A stretch of DNA of 64,000 nucleotides from assembly GCA_964019425.1 (NCBI GenBank), contig OZ025788.1, positions 1,364,001 to 1,428,000 of the forward strand. Direction: 5' to 3'. The notes beneath the pieces are model-generated. The model saw only the letters and a list, made by a program, of their open reading frames with translations. It did not search any database and was not told the origin of the DNA. Each line of letters starts with the position of its first letter. The first letter of the stretch is position 1. This DNA is from Flectonema sp. DT1601 (lineage: Eukaryota). The position numbers were made by a program, and so were the translations under genes. Positions 12,501 through 21,503 of this stretch are shown here, piece by piece.

Positions 12501-12927
12501 AGATGGTTGATGCCCTTGGTAACGTTTCGAAGGTATGTTGTTGTTGTTGTTTTTTTTTAGTTTTTGTTGTTGTTGTTGTTAATTTTTTAGTTTTGGATAT
12601 TGTTTGTTTTGTTCTGTTTGTGATTCGTGTGCGAAAGCAATTGCGGCTCTCCCATCGGCTCAACACTTGATGAAGAGTTTTCTTTTATGTTGTGTCCTAT
12701 TTTTGTTTGTTTTCTAAAGATTTGTGAAATGTTTTGTAATTTCTTACTGTTGCAACGGTGACAATATCCAAACTGTGAATATGAACGAATTGAAATAATG
12801 AACATCAATACAGGTCAAGGCCCCAAAGAAGGAGTTGAGCAGAAAGGAGAGAAAGCAGCGTGAGGCCGCCAAGAAGAGAGCTCTCGCCAACGGTGAGTCA
12901 TGGTCATCTGATGAGGATGATATGTAA
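9515..12927 (+). CDS. EF3: eEF3-like ABCF ATPase, copy 2; exons 9515-12532 and 12814-12927
   Basis: Exonic translation is identical to copy 1; same phase-0 intron at 12533-12813. Confidence 0.93.
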
Positions 12928-13492
12928 AGAGTTGTATAGTAGTGTTTTTTAATAATAATGATATAAATATTTTTCTTTTGAAGACCTACCGGAAGCAGTC
13001 GATGAATTTTTTTTTGTCTCTTTAACATGTTGAAAAGTGATAGACTGCATCGCTGCCAAAGTAGTAACTATCCCGAACTATGCATAATGGCCGAATCCGG
13101 TTAGTAGCAAATATTAATTAAAAAGAAAATAAAAAAACAGCAAATGGAATAAAAATATCAGTTTTTTTATGCGATTGCTCTCTGTCAATGAATAAGAGTG
13201 CGATGTTGTTTCGGTACCATCCAAAAAGATGGATGTGCTTCGTGAGTGTCAACATCGTACGGTTATTTGTTCTATTTCATTCACTTCCCGACCCTTTCCC
13301 ATTCCTTCCTCCCATTACTGCATCACTTCACTCCACTCGTTTTATCATTAATATTATTATAAGTATTTTCTGTTGAATAAAGTTTATTTCCTGATCAGTA
13401 ATAATGTTTGATATCAGTCGTTTATTTGTTTAATTTACTTTGATTATTTATTAAATTGTAATAAACTCTTCATTAGGTATCAAGTGTCTTCT

Positions 13493-14258
13493 ATGGAAGC
13501 AAAGACTCTTATAGATCAATCATGTCCATCATTCAAAGGACCTGATGGATATGAATATAAAGGACTCCCTGCTACTATAAAGGAAGGGTTAGAATCACTT
13601 TGGAGTGGTGAGGTAGAAGACCAGAGGAAGAAAGACCTGAAGGAATGGGACAAGAAAGTGCGTTTAGCGTTGACTCTAAAGCAAGCTGCTGTACCGAGTG
13701 TACCATTAGAGAGAAGTGTAAGAGAAGCAAAAATGATGAAAAGACCTGTAGCTACGAGATCAGCTGGAGGATGGGGAGGCAACAAAGCACCAGGTGCACC
13801 GAGCAAAGATGAAAAAACAGCGTGGGCGAGTATGCCTGGAGTGAAAGTGTGCGAAAAGAAGAAGCCAAAGGAGAAAAAATGCCAAGCTGTTGTTATTGCT
13901 CCAAAGAAGGAGAAAAAAGAGAAAAAGGAAGTAAAGAAGGAAATCCCCTCCGAAGAAAAGGAATCAATCAAAGAACCAGTAGCAGAAGACGCGAATAGCT
14001 CGCCATTCGCCAAGAAGAAATATGCTGACGTAGCGAAGGAGCTAAAAAAACTTCAAAAGAAGGTGCGTCAAGTCGATCAGATCAGAGAAGAGGGGCCAAA
14101 GGATGATGCCCAGAAGGATAAATTAGAAACCTTCCCTGAATTAAAGGCCGAAGTAGAATACTTGGAGGTATGTAATTTTATTTTGGTATTATATCTCGAA
14201 ATTAAAATAAAATTAAAAAACACAGACCCTACTAAGCAAGGATATCAAGAGCCAGTAG
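13493..14258 (+). CDS. Lysine-rich hypothetical protein with a C-terminal helical motif resembling PYM/eIF2A-type tails; exons 13493-14167 and 14226-14258
   Basis: ATG at 13493; KELKKLQKKVRQVDQIREE...QKDKLE. Intron GTATGT...CACAG gives ...EYLE|TLLSKDIKSQ*. Confidence 0.6.
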
Positions 14259-14364
14259 GAAGAAAGTCATATCTCTGGATCTGTTTTGTGAACTCAGTCA
14301 TCTTTAATAAAGGTAGTAAGTCTGCATGGTATTATCTTCTCCCCCCCTTCCAGGAGATCGCAAC

Positions 14365-15945
14365 ATGAATTGGTTTCTAATAATCGTAGCCATAGTAGTG
14401 GTTCTGGTTACGTTAATTGTTAACTTTCGCATTCTGCATGTGTACCTTGACCCTGAGGAGAAGTTTCAGGGGGGAGGGTACTTTCCAAAGTTTGTTGTGA
14501 TATTGGGGCTTTCAATGGCAGCATTCGTTTCACTGCTTCTACCATTCGATGTGGCCAATAAGAAAGATCCAACTATAAGGAATGACACAGGAGGGGAAAT
14601 AGATGTTGCAATGATGTGGCAATTCACTCTTTGGGCAATCTGTGGCATGACTATTGTTGTGTTGCCGTTTGCACTGTTTTACTATGAAGCCTGGGACCCA
14701 GACGCTCCAGATACTAAAATAGAAAGACAAGTGACTGACACCAGTGCTAGTGTGTTTAGAATTGTTGGGACTCAAATTGCATCGGCAACTTGCTGGACTA
14801 CAGCAACTGTTATAGGATTTGTTGGTCTCCTCTGCATCGTTTATTATGCAGCCGGTATTAATGAAGCAATATTGCCTTATGAGTCTCATCGATGTGAAGG
14901 ATTCTCTTACGAACTGATTTCCTGTCCCCGGTGGGAGAATGCAACTACTCAGCGAAACAGCAGTTGCAGTGATGACTTGGGTAGCTTTGCAACAACTGAG
15001 GACCTAATAAACTCGGGTGTCTGCGGCGTTGCCAAGGGCGATCTCCACATTAAGGTGTCGCTCTTTGTGGGAACAGTCGCTGTACTGACATCACTGGGTT
15101 GGATTCTTTTTGTTGTGTTTGGTGGTGTTGGACTTTGTTCACTTCCTCTGGATATGTGCCACAGCTTTTATGAGAACAAGTTAGTTGCTATGAGTAGAGA
15201 GAAGTTTGTTGCTGAGCGCGATAGAATAAAAGGAGAAAGCAGAGCACTACTAGAAATCATTGACAGGATTACGGACAAACTGAAAAGTAACAAAACACAA
15301 CATAAAAAAGTGAACGCTTTGCAAGTTCGGGTGGACGCATTGGAGAAACAACATCGACGCAATCAGGCATACGATCAAAAAAGTAAGTTTGCAAAGCTCA
15401 CGTCTCCGTTTGTAGTATATGGGAGGTTGTTGCTGGCTATTTTTACAGTTGTTTGGTCTATTCTTTGGATAGCCCACATCATAATCAACAACACGCTGGA
15501 CTTCAACCCGCTGTTAAATACGGCTTTTAAGGAACTTGATAGTGCTTTCTCGCTTCTCGGTACCATCTTCTATGCAAGTTTTTCTTTCTATCTCCTTTGG
15601 GCAACGATAAACGGCTGTGTGCATGTTGGTATGAATTTTCTTATAATTACAATTCACCCAATGAAACCTAAAGGAACTCTTGTTTCTTCTTTTTGTTTCA
15701 ACACGATTCTAATTTTATTTGCATCGGTAGCTGTGGTGTCATTTTGCGCCCTCTCATTCAGAGACTACGCCGCTAACACTGTTGTTGATACACTTTATAG
15801 CAGTTATGTATCTAAAATAAAATACCTAAGCTACATTATGGTATATCTCCAATATGGTTTGCTAGGGTTTGCATTCTTGTCTCTGTGTTACTTTACCTGC
15901 AAGGGCCCAAGAAACATGAAAGAATTGTTAGATAAAGATGATTAG
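14365..15945 (+). CDS. LMBR1/LIMR-family multi-pass membrane protein
   Basis: LLLPFDVANK, VVLPFALFYYEA, FGGVGLCSLPLD, IHPMKPKGTLVSSFCFN; about 9 hydrophobic segments. ATG 14365 follows a pyrimidine tract and AG. Confidence 0.88.
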   Translation: MNWFLIIVAIVVVLVTLIVNFRILHVYLDPEEKFQGGGYFPKFVVILGLSMAAFVSLLLPFDVANKKDPTIRNDTGGEIDVAMMWQFTLWAICGMTIVVLPFALFYYEAWDPDAPDTKIERQVTDTSASVFRIVGTQIASATCWTTATVIGFVGLLCIVYYAAGINEAILPYESHRCEGFSYELISCPRWENATTQRNSSCSDDLGSFATTEDLINSGVCGVAKGDLHIKVSLFVGTVAVLTSLGWILFVVFGGVGLCSLPLDMCHSFYENKLVAMSREKFVAERDRIKGESRALLEIIDRITDKLKSNKTQHKKVNALQVRVDALEKQHRRNQAYDQKSKFAKLTSPFVVYGRLLLAIFTVVWSILWIAHIIINNTLDFNPLLNTAFKELDSAFSLLGTIFYASFSFYLLWATINGCVHVGMNFLIITIHPMKPKGTLVSSFCFNTILILFASVAVVSFCALSFRDYAANTVVDTLYSSYVSKIKYLSYIMVYLQYGLLGFAFLSLCYFTCKGPRNMKELLDKDD

Positions 15946-16567
15946 ATATTATGCCGTAATGACTTAATAGATAGTTTTCTGGGACCTTTTAACTTACCGC
16001 GGATCTAACCTCCTCCCTTCAACAGCACACCCTCAGTTTCGTATTTTCGGTCATTAATTACTTTGTTCTCTTATGTTTTTTTTTTTCTTTTTCCCTATTA
16101 TTTTTATATTTTTTTTGCGCTGTTTAGTTCCAATTATTTAAAAAAGAAGGATAAAAAAAGATTAATTCCGTTAAGTGGGACGACACCGGTTGTGGTACTG
16201 GGTAACCACAAATAAACACCAAATCAATAGTTATTTTTTGATTCGAGCAGTATAACTTTTAATCCTTTTTGAGGAGTCCCCACCCCAAAGAAAACAATAG
16301 AACAAAAGAAGAGCTTCAACATAAGAATAAATAGATAGAATCCAGTCCAGCTCTATTCTAACCGACTACTTGATTGATTTGTTATTAATAGTGCAAGTCT
16401 TTAATTATTTTTCGTCTCTACAGTACAACACAATCGTTTACCTGCTGAGGGTACCACAAAAAAATTGGGCCGATTATTCTCCCAACTTTGATAGATACCA
16501 TATCAAACTAAACACGACGGCCACCGGAAAGGTCCGGTTTCGTGCACAAACAAAAAATCACAGTGTT

Positions 16568-18010
16568 ATATTACTGTAACTATAAATATCATGGTGTATA
16601 AAAGTCTCCAAATCGCCAAAAAATGGCCAAATCCACCATGTTTATTATATCCAAAATTTTTATTATTCACAAAAAATACTTAGCAAAATTTGGATTCCAG
16701 AAAAAAAAAATTTTTTTTTTGACCTTTTTTTTTGCGAAACCGGAGAAAAAAAAATTTTTTTTTTTGACCTTTTTTTTTACGAAAAAGAATGTTGGCAGCA
16801 CATGTAAACCTCCTTTAGCTTTATCAGTTTAAGTCGGTTCACGGTTTCGTGCACAAACAAAAAGGTCCGGCGCAGTTATGACCTTAAACTGACTGTCATC
16901 TTACCTGATCCTTTTGGTTTGGTTTTCATTTCTTGCTGAGTGTGCTGCCCAAATCTTTTGTGGTACATTTCTAAAGCTTTCGGTAAGCCCACAGTACACT
17001 TATAATGCTTTGGACAACTGGGTGAACGATCCTCGGTACTGTTCCTGGGTTTTCTATTTTCTTTCGTGGAGTGTGGGCATATGGCACATGTGGTCGTATT
17101 ATAAAGAAAGATGTATATGAAAGAAAGAAGATTTTTTATTTTTTTTCACCTTCCCCCCACTCCCAGATCGTTTCTCTTTTATTTTCTTTAGTTGTTTACA
17201 ACCTGTTAGCCTCTGGGCAAGGTGGAGGCTGGAACGATCACTTCCAGCCACTATGAACTCCAGCTACTATGAAACTACAATCTTCGCGATTGGGATCCTT
17301 ACTGATGTGGGCTACCGTAGTCATCAGTTTGTATTTTGCTAACTAAACTAAACTAAAAAACCACAGTGTTATATCATTATTTTCTGTAGTTGAAGTTAAA
17401 GCCAATTCTTTTTTTCACTTTCTGATACTAAATTATCGACATTTGAACTGGTTAAAGTTCTACAGGCTGGTCTTGTGTACCAGAGCCCAGAAAAGGACAA
17501 CATATCCACAAATAACGTTGTTGGTAGCTGGTTGCACACCAGTCTTAATAAATGAGATGTCAAAATTACTAAAAGCAAAACGGAGTGCAGCTTTGGTAGT
17601 GCTGGTGATGCAGTCTAGACGAGGATCAACTACAACTAAGGAGTTCCCTTCCCCAATCGTTGTAACAGCCAGTAGCCAGTGTGACCCCTCCGAGGTATGA
17701 GGTGCGGGGTGCGGTATTAAGAAACATGAACTCATGTTCACAACTACGGACTTCAGGAGGGCAAGCCAGGTCTAGAGGAAAGCAACCAAGGTTCAAAAGG
17801 CTCCGTTTTTTCAAAAAATTGTGCATAGTGTGATTGCCCAGAAAAATTTCATACTCAAGAAACTACCATTTTACAGTCAAAATGTGTACTTTCATACTTT
17901 TTTAAAAATCCACCAAGTTTTTTTTCCGAGAATCCACCATCTTTTTTGTATCCAAAGTTGTTATACTCCAATTTTTTTATACGCCATGTTATTTATGGTT
18001 ACACTATTAT
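16568..18010. mobile_element. Degenerate element with imperfect terminal inverted repeats
   Basis: 16568-16603 matches the reverse complement of 17975-18010 at 31/36 positions. Sub-terminal direct repeats (atccaccat...tatccaaa) occur near both ends. Minus-strand coding relics inside. No TSD found. Confidence 0.6.
17460..17826 (-). pseudogene. Clan CE cysteine protease (adenain/Polinton PRO-like or Ulp1-like), frameshifted
   Basis: Removing one copy of the 7-bp tandem duplication ggtgcgg (17701-17714) fuses ORFs 17626-17826 and 17460-17741. The result reads LGCFPLD...FLNTAPHTSEGSHWLLAV...VVVDPR...VQPATNNVICGYVVLFW, with H, D, Q and C in catalytic order. Confidence 0.72.
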
Positions 18011-18061
18011 TTCTGAAAAGTTGAAGTTTTTGCAGGTTTTAGTTTTTTGATAATCAAAAAG

Positions 18062-18132
18062 TGACCCCAGACGGAATCGAACCGCCGTTGTTGGATTTGG
18101 AATCCAAAGTGCTACCGCTACACCATGGGGCC
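18062..18132 (-). tRNA. tRNA-Trp (CCA)
   Basis: GGCCCCA/TGGGGTC acceptor stem, A73, anticodon arm TTGGA-TTCCAAA-TCCAA, T-loop TTCGATT, followed by a T5 Pol III terminator. Confidence 0.9.
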
Positions 18133-18151
18133 TCTGAAAGAAGGCTTTTTC

Positions 18152-18181
18152 TTTCACTTTATTCCTAACTAAGTAAAGGAT
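18152..18181. repeat. Left arm of a 30-bp perfect inverted repeat bounding the retroelement
   Basis: tttcactttattcctaactaagtaaaggat is the exact reverse complement of 20720-20749. Confidence 0.95.
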
Positions 18182-20720
18182 ATGTTTTATTTTTCGGTAA
18201 CTCTTCTAAATAAGATGTCCAAAATAGGACTACCAACGAAATATCTACGGTGGGTTCAAAACTACTTGACTAGTAGGAAGATTTCAACAAGGGTGAATGG
18301 AGTGAAGGGAGCATTCCGGAACATTCGAGTAGGAGTACCACAAGGAAGCGTGCTGGGACCCCAGTTATTCTCTATCTTCATAAACGATTTGATAGATAAA
18401 CTAGAGATGTACGAACCGACTGTCTTTGCAGATGATGTTGGAATAGTAATAACCGCGGGCACTGTCAGCTGTTTAGAAAACAAGGTTAACAACGCAGTCA
18501 AAATATTTGAAAGGTGGGCACTTGACTCACACATCAAAATCAATAAGAACCCTGGCAAGACGGAATACATTCACGTGAGGCCAAGTGGAACTCATGACAA
18601 GTCCCCAGTAGTAGTATACTCTGAAGAACACACATTTAAATATGTGGTGGCCACGGCAGAACAAATGAGTAACCTTGTGAAGGATGATAACTCAACAACT
18701 GTAGTTTCAAAAGAAGAATTCGCCATCACTCACCTGTATGTCGTTCCAAAACATAAGATCAAAGTCAAGCTACCGAACAAACCGGCGGTACTGAAAACAA
18801 TGAAGATGAGCGCCAGCTTCTCACAACTGAAGAAAGTCCACAACAAGGCAGAAATAGATAAGATGCTGGAAAGAGTGGGGCCCGGATTACACGGATTTGC
18901 CTATGCGGTTGGACGAAAAGTTCACAAGACGAATACCGTGCGGTACCTGGGTGTACATTATGACGAGTTAACCTTTAAGTCGCAAATTCAAAAGATGATG
19001 ACAGCTGCTTCCAAGGGTCTAGGCTTGTTGGTTAGACTCACTAGGATAGGCTGCAGAAAGAGGACACTCATCAGTATACTGGTGACGGTGGTGTTAGCAA
19101 GGGTGCTTTATGGTGTTGAAAGCTTTGCTTGGATGCTACCAAAAGAGTGCTTCGAACAACTGGAATTACTGGTAAACAGGGCAGTGAGGCTGGTAACTGG
19201 ATGTCTGCGGAGCACCAAACTACAGAGACTTTACAAAGAAGCCGACACGCCAAGACTGAAGGAACACATCCAGTATAAGATGTGTAGAACCTATGAACGT
19301 TTCAAATTAAGTCCGTTCCTACCGACTCGCAAGCTGACGAGAACAGGGAGTTCAGAATTATTTCAAAAATCAAAATGGGGATGGAATGTCTGGATAGACT
19401 ATGTCTCTGGTATCCCTGGCCTTGACAATTACCGGAGCATTACCAACCTGGAAGTGAACCCAGAACACTACACTCTCCCTCCATGGGAAAGTACTAGTGC
19501 GATGAGATTCACATATTCAAGTAACAAGGAAGAGGCTGAACAGCGAGAAACTGAACTACCAGCCCACGAGATGAAAGTCTACACTGACGGGTCGATAAGA
19601 CACAAACCCAACACGTACATGACAGACGCGGCTGCCGCTGTGGTCATGGTTAACGAAAGCAAGATGCGTCTACTTGGATATAAAATACCAGTAGCGGGTT
19701 CCTCTTATAGGACCGAGCAGATTGCAGTGAAACTGGCGTTGGAAAATTTAGTTCAGGTGGCGGAGGATGAACATGAATCTCTAACAACAACGACGCACCT
19801 GTTGACTGATTCGATGTCAGTCATGCAGGCATTGGAACAAGGGCCATATAAACAAAGGTCCCCAATGAACAAAAAGATCTGGAAGTTGGCAATGAAACTG
19901 GAGAAGAAGGGAATCCAAGTCAACATGCAGTATGTACCGGCACACAGAAACGTGCGGTACAACGAAGTAGCGGACCAACTGGCGAAATTCGCTGCAGGCC
20001 TGAAGGAAGATCCACCTCACGAAGATGTTATTATTAAACAACTGCCCACTCAACTTGACATGGGAACATTGATGACGTTTCACAAGCGGAGAAAACGGGA
20101 GAACTGGATCGGACCGGGAGAGGTAAGACACCCTCCGTACATCGAAGCTCTAACACGACCAGAGGAAGTACTGATGTCACGCTTTAGAGTGGGACATTGT
20201 AGATCTCTGATAATCAAAGGACTGAACGAGCTGTGCTTTTTCTGTAAACTTGGAAAGGCGACAGCACATCATGTATTATTTATATGCGAACATTGGTGTA
20301 TAGAAACCTTGAGAGAAAAATACATCAGTCACATGATGAATGACAAGGGAGAGGAAGCATGCCAACTGGAGGACTGCTACTTACCTGCGAATCAACAGCA
20401 GATGACTGGTTTTGTCACAACCTTAGACAGACTGGCACAACTATTAGGACGGTAGTATTATTAAAACATCGACATTTCGAATATCAACATTGAAGGCATC
20501 ATTGCAACACATCTGAAGTCGTCCAAGTGGACAATTAATTATGTAGTATTAGTTTTAAGTTATCAAAACAAAGAAAGGAGATACGAAGCCTACGGGATTC
20601 CCACCCCCAACCCCCAAAACAAAGAAAGTAAGAAAGAAAGAAAGAAAAAGAACAGCCGCGCCTAACAGCGCAAACAGCATCACAGACTCACGGGTCGTGG
20701 TGCACTCAAAAAAAAAAAAA
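18182..20720 (+). mobile_element. 5'-truncated non-LTR retrotransposon (RT + RNase H + CCHC; Ingi/I-group-like) with 3' UTR and poly(A)
   Basis: ORF 18182-20455 begins mid-RT: GVPQGSVLGP, FADD, YLG; RNase H YTDGS...RTE...LTDS...YVPAH...NEVADQLAK; CFFC-x8-H-x4-C. A13 tail at 20708-20720. No endonuclease or ORF1 present. Confidence 0.92.
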
Positions 20721-20749
20721 TCCTTTACTTAGTTAGGAATAAAGTGAAA
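20720..20749. repeat. Right arm of the 30-bp inverted repeat, abutting the poly(A) tail
   Basis: atcctttacttagttaggaataaagtgaaa; reverse complement of 18152-18181. Confidence 0.95.
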
Positions 20750-20787
20750 AAACAACTTTAATTTCGTGCAGCAAATATGTCAGTACC

Positions 20788-21354
20788 ATGTCCGACCTAA
20801 GAATGTCTGAATTACCTCACTTAGTTGGTTCCCAGCTGGAAGAAGTATTGTCCAAATTATGTTCCAAGGTTCGTGAATTGGAAGATAAAGTACAGCGAAT
20901 CTCTGAAGAGAATCAGACACTTGAAAGCAGGATTAAAGAACAAGATATCAAGCTACAGAAATCTGAGGACAGAGTCAGTGAAGCACAAGCAGTGCTGTCT
21001 AGTGTAAACGAAATGCAACAGCAAATCCACAAACACGAGGAGGTATTGACAACCACTAAATGGATTGATGTTGATGTGATATCAAACAGTGAATGGAATC
21101 CTTCAGCTATTTATAGATTATCCCTTGATGAAATGAATAACAACATTAAAGCTGGCTGGGTTTATGCTACCAGAGTGTTATCTTCTTATATCTTCTTTGA
21201 AACCTCATCGTCATCTTCGAATTCGTATTTCTCAAGAGTGTCTTGCAAGAAGAAGTCGAAGTGGGAGCTTCTTCCGAAGAACGCCAATTCACCAGGAGAT
21301 ACTCCGTTACCGATATCTGGGATTGTTTATAGTCTCCAAATGGCTGTACTTTAG
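20788..21354 (+). CDS. Hypothetical protein with N-terminal coiled coil
   Basis: 188-aa ORF with a heptad-rich first half; no family recognised. Confidence 0.6.
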   Translation: MSDLRMSELPHLVGSQLEEVLSKLCSKVRELEDKVQRISEENQTLESRIKEQDIKLQKSEDRVSEAQAVLSSVNEMQQQIHKHEEVLTTTKWIDVDVISNSEWNPSAIYRLSLDEMNNNIKAGWVYATRVLSSYIFFETSSSSSNSYFSRVSCKKKSKWELLPKNANSPGDTPLPISGIVYSLQMAVL

Positions 21355-21503
21355 AATACATTTTTCTCCGGCACTATTTTCATAGAGCCCCAGCAACCGT
21401 TATTGTCGAATTGTAATCGTTTTCTCTCTATCTTCATTCGTTTTGTTCAGGTTACAATTCAGTGATGAAATATTAAATAAAAGGAAATTGTGGTTCCGTG
21501 TGA

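Noticed and set aside
16571..18007. Firm Ginger or Tc1/mariner assignment of the TIR element
   Set aside because: The 4-5 bp flanks of the TGT...ACA ends do not match (ttac vs ctat) and no transposase is visible. A TA flank is possible if the ends lie one base further out, so the superfamily is left open.
18090..18108. tRNA-Trp as a UGA suppressor, or an alternative genetic code
   Set aside because: The anticodon stem is a full 5 bp, and long ORFs read cleanly in the standard code using TAA, TAG and TGA as stops.
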